Source: Malassezia furfur (lineage: Eukaryota). From it: 35,952 nucleotides of DNA. The stretch lies in NCBI GenBank assembly GCA_052055015.1, contig JBQJIT010000069.1; one strand, written 5' to 3'. A program made the translations under genes and the position numbers. Each line of letters begins with the position of its first letter. Position 1 is the stretch's first letter. Below the pieces are notes generated by a model. That model was not told where the DNA came from. It did no database searches and was given only the letters and a program-made list of their open reading frames with translations. Of the stretch, positions 9,737 to 20,323 are shown piece after piece.

Positions 9737-10496
9737 ATGTCGGCGGGTGGGCAGGATGACTCGGCGGCGTCGTTCATCGGCGCGCTGATCTCGCTGACCT
9801 CGCGTTCGAACATGCGGTACCAGGGGATCCTGTCCAACATTGACGCGGCCCAAGCGACGCTTGCGCTCGAAAAGGGTACGTACTTGCGCTGCTAACGCCA
9901 GTGCGCTCGTGGGGTACCGAAGGCCGCTGTACCGCCGCTGGGCAGCCGCAGGACGAGGTGCCTGGTAGCGAGAAGGTGTACGACTATATCGTGTTCCGAG
10001 CTGCGGATGTCGTGGATCTGCGCATCGACGATCCGTCCCCAGCACAGCCCGAGACGCCTGCCGCGGAGCCGAGTCCCGCGGCGGTGCCGGCCGCACCCTC
10101 GGTACGTATTGGCCCATGGTGTTTGAGAGGACGAACGCATACGGATGTAAAGTGGATTTCGATCTACGCTGTCCGAGAGCGCTTTTTTCATGTGGATAGT
10201 TCCGCTGCCTTCCTACTGATCTCACCTGCGGCACCCAAGAGCACGTACTGACCGCAGCCGCTTGTCACCCCCGCTCCGACGGCGAGTATGCCACACGAGC
10301 ACGGCGTGCCGTCGCCGATGCCGTATGCCAACATGTATGCGAGCCCGCACATGTACGGCATGCCGCCGCAGGGCTATGGATACAACCCATATGTGCAGAG
10401 TCCGTACAGCGGCATGCCGCCGATGCCGCCGCACGGTGTGCCGTTTGGTGCGCCGCCGCCGCACATGCATGCGTATGCATCGCCCGTCCCGCCGCC
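9737..10496 (+). pseudogene. SCD6: Scd6/Lsm14 5' fragment truncated at the inversion centre (copy A)
   Basis: Lsm14 N-domain FIGALISLTSRSNMRYQGILSNID...VRSWGTEGR...VYDYIVFRAADVVDL, followed by a Pro/Tyr/Met-rich linker. Introns 9876-9901 and 10102-10257. No DFDF/FFD/TFG region. The frame runs into antisense sequence to a stop at 10767. Confidence 0.85.
10118..10226 (+). ncRNA. Intronic box C/D snoRNA, snR52/SNORD83-like (18S Am420 guide), copy A
   Basis: Lies in a 156-nt intron. Guide gctgccttcct (10204-10214) is complementary to 18S AGGAAGGCAGC and is followed by a-CTGA box D (10216-10219). Terminal ggtg/cacc stem. Nearly invariant between arms. Box C is degenerate. Confidence 0.72.
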
Positions 10497-11224
10497 GGCG
10501 GCGCACCGTACGGTACGCCGTGTGGCGGCATCGGCGGCATACCACTATACGGGCTCTGCATGTACGGGTTGTATCCGTAGCCCTGCGGCGGCATCCCGTA
10601 CATGTGCGGGCTCGCATACATGTTTGCATACGGCATCGGCGACGGCACACCGTGCTCATGTGGGGTGCTCGCCAGCGGAGCGGGCGTGGCAAGCGGCTGC
10701 GGTCAGTATGTGCCCTAGCGAGCCTCAAGGTGCGATCAGTAGGAAGGCAGCGGAACTATCCACATGAAAAAAGCGCTCTCGGACAGCGTAGATCGAAATC
10801 CACTTTACATCCGTATGCTTTCGTCCTCTCAAACACCATGGGCCGATACGTACCGAAGGAGCAGCCGGCGCCGTCGCGGGGCTCGGCGCCGCGGCGGCCG
10901 CGGGCGTCTCTGGCTGTGCCGGCGACGGGTCATCGATGCGCAAGTCCACGACGTCCGCAGCACGGAACACAATATAGTCGTACACCTTCTCGCTGCCCGG
11001 CACCTCGTCTTGCGGCTGTCCGGCAGCGGCGCAGCGGCCTTCGGTGCCAAACGAGCGCACTGGCGTCAGCGCATCGGACACGTACCCTTTTCGAGCGCGA
11101 GCGTCGCTTGCGCCGCGTCGATGTTCGACAAGACACCCTGGTACCGCATGTTCGAGCGCGAGGTCAGCGAGATCAGCGCGCCGATGAACGACGCGGCCGA
11201 GTCTTCCTGCCCACCCGCCGACAT
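10497..11224 (-). pseudogene. SCD6: Scd6/Lsm14 5' fragment truncated at the inversion centre (copy B)
   Basis: ATG at 11224 (MSAGGQEDSAASFIGALISL...). Long intron 10697-10853. Ends at GVPYGAPP, then reads antisense of copy A to a stop at 10265. Confidence 0.85.
10729..10837 (-). ncRNA. Intronic box C/D snoRNA, snR52-like, copy B
   Basis: Reverse-complement homolog of 10118-10226 with identical guide and box D. Confidence 0.72.
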
Positions 11225-11318
11225 CTTCGGTAGCGATGGCACCGCGCAAGAAGACACGGACAAAAAAATCACGTGAATATACGCGGGGCGGCGCCGTGCC
11301 AGAGCTGGCTACGTACGG

Positions 11319-12861
11319 CTATGCACGGCCCGTCTCGTCGCGGACCTCGGTGGAGCTAAAGTTGAGGATCCCCGCCTCATCCAGTTCCTGGACAACGCGC
11401 TCGGCTTTCGCGACCGGCATCTCACCCAACACCTCGTTGACGCGCTCGAGTTTCTTGGTCTCGAGCGCGGCACGGAAGTCGGGGTCAAAGCTCTGGTAAA
11501 TGTCCCACCGGCGCTGCAGCCACGCCTTGACCTGGTTCACGTCCATAGACTCGGCACCCTCGCCCTCGATCTTGATGTTCTCAGGCGGCGGTCCATCCGG
11601 TACATCGAACGAAATCACGGTGTTGGGGTCCTCGGCCATGAGCTGGATCTGCTCCGCACCCTCGCCGCCGTCTTTGTATTGCGCCGCCAGCGCCTCGGCA
11701 CGCTGCGCAATGCGCGCGTACGTCGACAGCACATCGTTCAAAAAGACAAACGCAGCACGTCCATCGGGTGACATCATGCTGGGGTCAGCGAAATCCACGT
11801 ACCGCTTGAAAAAGAGGCTCACACCATCGGGGCCGAGTTTGTTGCAGTACTGCACCAGCAGCGCTTTTTCGGTGCACATGCGCGCCAGCGCTTTTTGGCC
11901 CGCCATCTGCGACTCAAACGCCTGCATAAGCAGCGCATCCGCCGTGCCATACGATGCGTGCAGCAGCTCCTTGTGTTGCCCAAGGTAGTGGAACGCCTCT
12001 TGGAAAGGCTCAAGCTTCAGTTCTTTAGCAGGATTGAAGCCCTCGGGGAAACCGGTGGTCGACAGCGGCACGTTCTTGAGTGCCGTCGGAAGACTAGCAA
12101 ATGCCTTCATGACCGGCGTAACCGTCGGCGCGTCTTCATCATCCGACTCCGTCGCCGCCGACGCCTCAGGCGCCGCTGCAGGCGCCGCCTGCACCGCACC
12201 AGGGTTCAGAGTCTCGATGTGCTGCGTCTTGGTGGTCGTAGTCTGCTTCTTTTTCCCTGGGTTCTCGATGGGCGCATCAGGCGTGGAGACATGCTGTGTG
12301 AGTAGGAAAACGTACCCCGCCGCTCCATCCCTCACGAAGCGAATCGCTGGTGATCTTGCGCTGGTCCTCTTCGTCCATCGCGCGTAGCTCGGCTTCAATA
12401 GTAGCCTGGCGCCCCTTTAGCCGCTTCTTGTGGCTTTCCAGTGATGCCACGAGCATTTCTGTCTGGTCAGATTTGCCGACACTCGACTTCACTGCATCTT
12501 CCTGATTGATTTGGAGCAGCAGCGAAAGAAGCATGTCGTCCAGCGTCGGACCGTCTGGACCATCCTTGTTCCCACGCTCTGCACGTCCAGCTAGCAGACG
12601 CTTCACTTCACGCTCATAGAAGGGTACGCCATCCTTGCGCGTGTCCTGCATGAGCCGGTCGAGTTCCGGCATCAAGTCCGTGTTCGTGCGTCCTTCTGCC
12701 TCGAGACGCGAGCGCTCGATCTTGCGCATCTCGCGCTTTTCGTGAATATCGCGCTGCTTCCATCGTACAAACGACTTTTTGTCGACATTGGGATGCACCT
12801 CGATGTCAGAGTCGTCCGACAGCTCAAGGTTGTCCCACTTGGCGTAGTTGAGCTTCCCCAT
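11319..12861 (-). CDS. CDC37: Cdc37 (copy B)
   Basis: Same signature and the same two intron positions as copy A. Intact. Confidence 0.95.
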
Positions 12862-13083
12862 GGTGGTCTATGACACCCGCCTCCACTTTCCACGTGGCGA
12901 ACAGGCGCCCGGGCCACGTACGTGCGCGAAGGTTCGGGCCTGGCCCGATGCACCCCATACAGTCGCGACACGGGCCCGCCTGGACCGCATGCCGGGAATA
13001 GCGCGAGCAAGGCTCACAGGCCAGATGCAAGGACTTTACAGCACAGTCTATTCAGTATGTAGTACCATCACGGTACTAGTTAT

Positions 13084-13395
13084 TTACTGCTGCTCCTGAA
13101 GGCGGTTAAGCTCAGTCTCGAGCGCCTTGAGGAGCTCGTCGCGGTGCTGCGCAGTACCAATGCTCTCCTTGACTTTGCCGTGCTGGTTGATTTGGGTCAG
13201 GATCTTGTAGAGCTGGTCGTCCTCGAACGAGCCCGCCGAGTCACCCTTGTCGTGGTACTTGTCGTGCGCGGCCTGGAGACGGCTGACCTCCTTCTCGTAC
13301 GCAGGTACACCGCCCGACTTGACATGATCAATGATCTGCTGGAGCTGGGGGATGATCGCGCTGCGCGTCTCGGGGTCCAAATCGATGTTCACCAT
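13084..13395 (-). CDS. Small 103-aa Cdc37-N partial paralog (copy B)
   Basis: MVNIDLDPETRSAIIPQLQQIIDHVKSGGVPAYEKEVSRL..., intact, with mostly conservative changes versus copy A. Confidence 0.85.
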   Translation of the reverse strand: MVNIDLDPETRSAIIPQLQQIIDHVKSGGVPAYEKEVSRLQAAHDKYHDKGDSAGSFEDDQLYKILTQINQHGKVKESIGTAQHRDELLKALETELNRLQEQQ

Positions 13396-13483
13396 GTTGG
13401 CGGGAAGGTAGGCTGCCCGACTCCACGCTGCTGCTGCATTCGCCGCACTGTGGCGCTACGCACGTGGCCTCCACACCACCAGG

Positions 13484-15221
13484 ATGACCGACGCGCCGGC
13501 GCTGTACGCCGCCGTGTCGTACAAGAAGGTGCCGGGCACGCTCGTGCTGGGCGCCGACGGCGTCTTGAAATGGCAGCCGTCGAGCACCAATGCGACCGTT
13601 GGTGCATTTCAGGTGCGCGATATCCACCTGAAAGGCCTCAAGGTGTCCAAGCCTGGTGCGGCGCAAACGGCGCTTCGGCTCGAGGCCGAGCAGGGGCACC
13701 CCATCAATGGCGAAAATGCAGCGATGCTAACGTTCAATGCCGAGCAGGATGTCGCCGTGGCATCGCGCGAGCAGTTCAAAGACCGACTCGCCGCGGCCAT
13801 TGCCCGCGCGCGTACACAGACAGAAACCACGCGTGAAACGCCGAGCACGACGCCGGGAGCCGACGCATCCGAGGTGCGCCTGCGTGGTCAGGTGCTGCTG
13901 GCGAACCCCAGCCTGCTTGCCCTGCACAAAGAGGTGGTGGGCTCGGGTACCATTTCTGATGCCGACTTCTGGGCGCACCCCACCCGTGTTGCGCTGCTGC
14001 GGTCCGAGCGCGCCAAGATGCAGCAGCGCCAAGGACGGCGCGCGCAGCTGGCTGACCCGCGGCCGACCCAGGGCGAGTCGGGCGAGATGAAAATCAACAT
14101 CACTCCGCAGCTTATCCGCGAGCTGTTTGAACAATACCCCGTGCTGACCCGTACCTACAACGAAAACGTCCCTGAAAAGCTGAGTGAGAGCGCGTTTTGG
14201 TCGCGCTACTTTCAGTCAAAGTTATACCACCGGCTGCGCACGTCGCAGCGATCCGCGGCATCGGAGCAGACGCTGCGCGACGACCCGATTTTTGACCAGT
14301 ACTTGGAGGAGGAAGACGACGGTAGGTCGTGCCGCTGACCCAGGCTTGGAGCCACGCACGGCGTACAACCCCCACGACGCGCTGCTGAACCTCGAGTCTA
14401 CGGCCGAGGACCACGGCGAGACGGGCAATACACAGGACTGGACGATGCGGGCGGGCTATGACCGGCGCAACCTGCCGCTTGTCCGGCGCTTCAACAACCA
14501 CGCTAGCAGCCTGCTGCGCTCGTCGCTCGGCGAGCTGTCCGAGCAGGACGCACGGCGCGTGCGGCGCAAGACGGGCGGTGTCGACGAAGAGTACCCCACG
14601 GACGACGCAGGGGTGCCGTACTACGACCGCATCGTTGTGGACGATCTGAACGAGCATCAAACGCACAGCGGACGCCGGCTCGAGATCCACAACCAGCGCG
14701 CGTACTTTGATGCGGGCCTGGATGCGCAGCGTGCACAAGATACCCAGCAGCCGGACGTGCATGCGGCGATGGCAAAGTTCCACACCGAGCTTGGGCAGTG
14801 GACGCTGGATCTGCGCAACTTTGAGCCGACAGGCGCAACCATGCGGACGGCCCTGGACGCGATGCTGGACAACATGGAGCAGCAAAAGGAGCTGCACCCT
14901 GGCAACGCGATCCAGGAGCTGCCGCCGGACATTGCCAAGCAGCTGCTCGCGTGCCACGCGGCCACCGACGAGTTTCTGCAGCAGTTCTGGCAGGCGATCT
15001 CGCCGTCGGGCGACATGGCCAGCGCGCCACAGACACTGGCACAGCGTGCGGCCAAGGCGCGGCAAATGCTCGAGGTGCTTAGGCGCGCGCCCGTGCGTAT
15101 GCAGCGCATCGCGGAGGACGCCGAGGCGGCGCAGCCCGGCGTGGGCCATGCCTGTGTCGAGGCGGCGTTTAGTGCAACGCGGCAGGCCGTAGAGCGTGCG
15201 CTGCGCTACGGACAGGCCTAG
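13484..15221 (+). CDS. TFB1: TFIIH p62/Tfb1 (copy B)
   Basis: Homolog of 5755-7495, with a 22-nt intron at 14322-14343. Confidence 0.88.
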
Positions 15222-15231
15222 GTAGAGCACA

Positions 15232-17526
15232 CTACGAACGCGTCGAGCGCATCGCCTCTTCGAGCTGGCGCTTGTTCGACTCGACGATCACGCGCTTGTA
15301 CTCGGAGACGCTGCCGCGGAACTTGTACACGGTGCCGTTCTCGCACACCCACATCTCCTTGAGGCAGCTGTTGATGAAGCGCTCGTCGTGGCTGATCACG
15401 ATCACGCCGCCGTTCCAGCGGTTGATGGCATCGATCAGCGCATCAAGACCCTCAATGTCCAAGTGGTTCGTCGGCTCGTCGAGCAGCAGCACGTGCGGCT
15501 TCATCAGGCTCAGCTGCGCAAAGGCCACGCGGCTCTTTTGACCACCACTGAGCGTCGCAATCTTTTGCAGACCGGTGGTGCCCGTAATGCCGAACGAGCC
15601 GAGGTGCTGGCGGTACTCTTGCTCGGTGCGCCCGGGGAAGCGCGACGCAAGGAACGCCACGGCGTTCATCGTCAAGTCGAGCTGGTCGATGTGGTGCTGC
15701 GAGAAGTAGCCAATGCGCAGGCGCGAGTTGCGCTTCGCATCGCCCTCAAGCGGCGTGATCTGGTTCATGAGCAGCTTCATCAGTGTCGACTTGCCCGCGC
15801 CGTTGCTGCCGACGAGCGCGATGCGGCTGTCCATCGTGACGTCAAAGTTGACGTGGCGCAGCAGAATGCGGTCGCGCGAGTACCCAAACGTGACATTGTC
15901 CAGCTGCAGCAGGGGCGGGCTCAGCTTGTCCGTCTCTGGCAGCGTAAAGTGCTCGCCCGACTCCTTCTCGGGCGGCTCGAGCTCGGGGAGACGCTCGAGC
16001 TCCTTGATGCGGCTCTGCGCCTGCGTCGCGCGGTTCGCATTGTAGCGCCAGCGGTCGATGAACGCCTGGAGGTGCTGCCGCTTCGCCATGTTCGCCTCGT
16101 ACTCGCGCAGCTGGTTGCGGCGGCGCTCACCACGCGTCTCGTAGAACTGGTCAAAGTCGCCCTTGTAGTAGTCGAGGCGCTCCGAGTGCATGTGCACAAT
16201 GTCCGTCGCGACCTGGTTCAGGAACGCACGGTCGTGCGACACGACGAGCAGCGTGCCCTTCCACTCGTTCACAAGGTAGTCTTCGAGCCACGCAATCGCG
16301 TTCAGGTCAAGCATGTTGGACGGCTCATCCAGCATGAGCAGGTCCGGCTTGCAGAACAGCGCACGCGCCAGCGCAAGACGCATGCGCCAGCCACCGCTGA
16401 AGTGCTTCGTGGGCTTCTGCTGGTCGCTCCCAACAATGCCCAGACCGTTGAGCAGCGCCGCAGCACGGCTCGGACCCGTGTCGGCCTCCATCTCGACCAG
16501 CTTGGCCTGGATGTCGCCCAGCCGCGCCGACAGCTCGTCGCGCTCGTGCTCGCGCTGGCGCGTCGGCAGGTCGACGGCCGAGCCACGCGACAGGCCGTCC
16601 TGGCTCGACTCCTGCGCCGCCGCCGAGGCGGCCTGCGCAGCGTCCTCGAGCGCCTGAAGCTGCTCGTTGATGCGCGCCTCCTCCTGGAGCAAGCGCTCGC
16701 GCCAGACGTCGGCCTTGAGCACGGCCTGGACGGCAGGCGTGTCGTCGCCGACAATCTCCTGTTCGACGTACAGCAGCGAGACGTTGGTGGGAATCGGCAC
16801 GTCGCGCATCGCCATGTGCCGCAGCAGCGTACTTTTGCCCACACCGTTGCGGCCAATCAGACCGTAGCGACGACCGTACGCCATGGTGAGCTCGGCGTTG
16901 CTCAGGATGCGGTTGCTGCCGAAGCTCACGTCGATGTTCGGCAGGTGGATGTCCTTGTTCTTGCCCTTGGCCGCACCGGAGCTGATCGACTCGAGCGGGT
17001 TGACCTGCAGGTACATTTCCTCGTAGTTGGCCATCTTCTTGGCGTTTTCCACGAGCCGGCTCGACTGGTACAGATCGCGCTGCTCGCGCTTGGCGAGCTT
17101 GGCACGCGTCTTGGCCTCCTGGCGCTCGAGGCGCTTCACGTCGACCGTCGTGCCCTTGCGGTCGCTGCGGCCGAGCGCAAGGTCAAACGAGCCGGCGCCG
17201 GCGTCGTAGCGCGACGTCGAGCTCAGCGCACCCTCGCGCATGTCAATCACCTTGTCGAGACGCGTAAGTTTCTGGTGCTGCGCATCGTGCAAGGGCTGCC
17301 GCTCCGCGACGAGCGCACCGAGCTTCTCGAGCAGACCCGGAAGCGCCTCGCGCGCCTTGGACGTCGCTGGTTCACTCAGCACCGCAGACTCGAGCATGGG
17401 GCGCACAACCTCGTCCATTACCGACACCGACGGATCCTCGCCGGCATCCTCCACGGCATGGTCCAGATACTCTACAATCGGGTCGTCCAGCGAGGGAAAC
17501 GCCGCACGCACCAGCGCCGCGGCCAT
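15232..17526 (-). CDS. GCN20: Gcn20/ABCF3 (copy B), 764 aa
   Basis: About 99% protein identity to copy A, with a 3-aa C-terminal extension (TRS). Confidence 0.9.
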   Translation of the reverse strand: MAAALVRAAFPSLDDPIVEYLDHAVEDAGEDPSVSVMDEVVRPMLESAVLSEPATSKAREALPGLLEKLGALVAERQPLHDAQHQKLTRLDKVIDMREGALSSTSRYDAGAGSFDLALGRSDRKGTTVDVKRLERQEAKTRAKLAKREQRDLYQSSRLVENAKKMANYEEMYLQVNPLESISSGAAKGKNKDIHLPNIDVSFGSNRILSNAELTMAYGRRYGLIGRNGVGKSTLLRHMAMRDVPIPTNVSLLYVEQEIVGDDTPAVQAVLKADVWRERLLQEEARINEQLQALEDAAQAASAAAQESSQDGLSRGSAVDLPTRQREHERDELSARLGDIQAKLVEMEADTGPSRAAALLNGLGIVGSDQQKPTKHFSGGWRMRLALARALFCKPDLLMLDEPSNMLDLNAIAWLEDYLVNEWKGTLLVVSHDRAFLNQVATDIVHMHSERLDYYKGDFDQFYETRGERRRNQLREYEANMAKRQHLQAFIDRWRYNANRATQAQSRIKELERLPELEPPEKESGEHFTLPETDKLSPPLLQLDNVTFGYSRDRILLRHVNFDVTMDSRIALVGSNGAGKSTLMKLLMNQITPLEGDAKRNSRLRIGYFSQHHIDQLDLTMNAVAFLASRFPGRTEQEYRQHLGSFGITGTTGLQKIATLSGGQKSRVAFAQLSLMKPHVLLLDEPTNHLDIEGLDALIDAINRWNGGVIVISHDERFINSCLKEMWVCENGTVYKFRGSVSEYKRVIVESNKRQLEEAMRSTRS

Positions 17527-17556
17527 CGTAAAAAGAAGCCACGGCGTCGCATATGC

Positions 17557-19389
17557 TTAGTCAGCGCCCAGGCGCCGCAGATGGCGCGCTAGGCCCGGCA
17601 CAGACGCGCCGTCCACGCACTGGAGGCCCGCGCGTGTGCGCAGCAGGGCCTGGGCGACACGCGCCACCGCGGGGTCTACATCGTCGGGCACGTCCGCAGT
17701 CGCGTCACTGTGCCGCGGGTACTGCGCTCCGCACCGCAGCGGGCCGACGCTCAGCTCCGTGTACGCCTCCCACACGGCACATACAGCGCGCGGCGCGGGC
17801 ACATGCGCCTCGGGGTGCACGAGCGCCTCGGGGTGCAAAAAGAGCAGGTAGAGCGCATCGTAGCCGCCCGCTAAGGGTAAGTAAAGCCTCGCTCGCACAC
17901 GCACCTCCAGGGACACCGCCGCCCAGGACGCCGGGTGCGTCGCGGATCGTCGTGTCGATCAGGCGCGTCATTTCCATCGGCTCGACGGGCGCCGAGGCGC
18001 GTGTGCCCAGCTCGCGCATGCCCGCACGCACGGACCGCATCGAGTTGCGCACGTCGATAAACATGTCCGCCGTTAGCGACGGGTGCTCCTTCCGGTACGC
18101 GTCCCACTCGACCGACGAGCGCTGCGCAAACGCCTCGAGTACGTGCGCGTACTCTTCCGGGTCGCGCGCATGCGCAACGTGCAGGCCCAGCAGGCCATCG
18201 GCCAGCGACTGGTTCGCGGCGCCAAGCACGCGGAACAGCTGGGCGGCTGCGTTAGACATCGACATACCCCACTCGGGCTTGGTTTTTTGGAACGCGCTCA
18301 CCTGCCCCACCATGGTGCGCGTGTTGGAGCCCGCATCCACGTCCGCAAGGCACAGCCGCACGCCGGGCGGCAGCTGCAGCGGTGCGGGGCGCGCGACGTG
18401 TGCGTCGGCGTCGGCAGTGCGCGTGAGCTCCAGCAGCCCCTCGGCAGCGGTCGGCACACCACTCGCCCCCTGCGGCGCCGGCTGCCAGTGCGGGTTATGG
18501 GGGTCGAGCAGCGGGAGCAGGGGGACCGGCATGCGTGCGTCGTGCGCCGCCGTCTCGCCGGCGCGCAGCAGGCGGTAGCCGACCTCATCGCGCATCGCGT
18601 CCTTGATCAGTTTGGGATGGAAGCGGCGGTACAGCTGGCTGCCCCACACAGACGCCGACACGTCGAAGCCCGAGCCGAGCTTGCCCTGCGCGGCACAGTG
18701 CGCGAGCTGCGCCGTGTTGTGGATCAGACCGAGTGACGCAAGTGGCAGGGTGTGGTCCTCGCGCTCGCCGTCGACGATGCCAAGGTGCAGCAGCATGCCG
18801 CCCGTGAGCGACGTGGTCATCGCGGCGCTCGACCCGAGCCCCGTCTTGTGCACGTCGCCGAGCGTGCAGTGCTGCTCGGCGAACGGTTCGAGCGCGTCGA
18901 GCTGTGCAAGCGTCGGCGCTTGGCCCTGGGTGAGTGTGGGCAACGCACCTCGACACGGTGCGAGTAGTAGTCGTTGTCGCCCGCAATCACCACGTCGATG
19001 CCGCCACCCAGCGCATCGCGCAGCGCCGACACGCCGCGCTTCTCGATGCCGAGCTGCAGCGTATACAAGAGGGCAAAGGCCACAAAGGGATTCGCGCCGT
19101 TTGCGTCACTGCGTGAGTGCGTCACGTACGTCTGCACCAAGCGCACGTCCTCGGTGCGCGTCGCATCGTCGCCCGCGGGCAGCTGCACCGCGTACACCCA
19201 CTCGGCCGCGTCAAACTGCGGCGAGCGCACGCGGATCGCCGGCACGCTGTCGGGCTGTGCGGCGCGCGTCGCTACGCTCGTGTAAAAGCGTGCATCGGTC
19301 GCAAACACCACGCCAAAGTACGCGGGGTCGAGCACGAGGTAGCCGCCCGCAGCGAGCACCTTGCCCGGCGCCGACACGGTCGTGGTCAT
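17557..19389 (-). CDS. ERG8: Phosphomevalonate kinase (copy B)
   Basis: Same motifs and four intron positions as copy A. First intron at 19109-19129. Confidence 0.93.
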
Positions 19390-19432
19390 CGCGGCGTGCG
19401 TCGCTGAGTCAGCGACCTTCGTTTTCTCGACG

Positions 19433-20317
19433 ATGGCAGCGAGCGGTGCGGCGGACGCCGACGTGCAGACGGCCATCTACAAGAAGCTATACCCCGTCGA
19501 TTTCCTGCGCAGGCACCTTGAGGAGCAGGTCCGCGAGGATGGGCGCGCCCTCGACGAGTTTCGGCCCGTGTCGCTTGCGACGGGCATCCTGACGCAGGCC
19601 AACGGCAGTGCGCTCGTCCGCTTCGGCACGGGCACCATGGTCACCGCCGCGGTCCAGGCGCACATCGCCGAGCCGCACCACGACCGCCCGCACGAGGGCT
19701 TCGTCGTGCCAAGCATCGACCTCTCCCCGCTGTGCTCGCCGCAGTACCGCGCGGGGCCACCGGGCGACGAGGCGCAGGCGCTCGCACACTACCTCCAGCG
19801 CTTCCTGGACGAGTCGCGCGCGCTCCCGCGCGAGTCGCTGTGCATTGAGCCGGGAGTCGCGGTGTGGTGCGTGTACGTGGACCTCGTCGTGGTCAGCGAG
19901 GACGGCAACGTGCTCGATGCCGCGGCGCTCGCGGCCGTCGCCGCGCTCGCCGACGCACGGCTGCCGCGCGTGCTGCGCTGCGACGACGCGTCGGCGTGCG
20001 TGTGCACACGCGAGCGCACGGAAAAGCTCGCACTCGCGTACCTGCCCATGCTTGCAACGTTCGGGCTCGTGGATGCCACCTACCTGCTCGCCGACGTCAC
20101 CGCGTTCGAGGGCTCGCTCACCGCCGCGGCGACGCACATCGGCGTCGCAGACGCCGACGACGCCGACGCCGACGTCTTCTTCGTGCGGCACGCGGGCAAC
20201 GCGCTCGCTGCGCGCCCGCAGCTGCACAACCACGCGCTGCTCGAGCGCTGCATCGACGCGGCGCAGGCACGCGCGCGCGTGCTGCGCAAGCTGCTGCACG
20301 AATCGCTGAAGCAGTGA
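19433..20317 (+). CDS. RRP43: Rrp43/EXOSC8 (copy B)
   Basis: Intact homolog of 673-1557, same length. Confidence 0.85.
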   Translation: MAASGAADADVQTAIYKKLYPVDFLRRHLEEQVREDGRALDEFRPVSLATGILTQANGSALVRFGTGTMVTAAVQAHIAEPHHDRPHEGFVVPSIDLSPLCSPQYRAGPPGDEAQALAHYLQRFLDESRALPRESLCIEPGVAVWCVYVDLVVVSEDGNVLDAAALAAVAALADARLPRVLRCDDASACVCTRERTEKLALAYLPMLATFGLVDATYLLADVTAFEGSLTAAATHIGVADADDADADVFFVRHAGNALAARPQLHNHALLERCIDAAQARARVLRKLLHESLKQ

Positions 20318-20323
20318 TGATAC

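Larger units (their letters stand above)
1..10496. repeat. Left arm of a ~10.5 kb imperfect inverted duplication (probably continues beyond the window start)
   Basis: Position 1 (tgccgtgggacgccgaggtg) mirrors 20989. Eight genes recur in reverse order and orientation in 10497-20989. Spot check 3481-3540 versus its mirror: 4 mismatches in 60, all synonymous. Confidence 0.97.

Noticed and set aside
10201..10219. U14 snoRNA assignment for the intronic RNA
   Set aside because: U14 domain B pairs with an overlapping 18S region but in a register targeting Cm414, and U14 needs domain A (CAUUCGCAGUUUC), which is absent. The register here points to A420.
10262..11276. Arg/Cys-rich ORFs across the palindrome centre as new genes
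   Set aside because: They are off-frame or antisense readings of the SCD6 fragments and cross clear introns.
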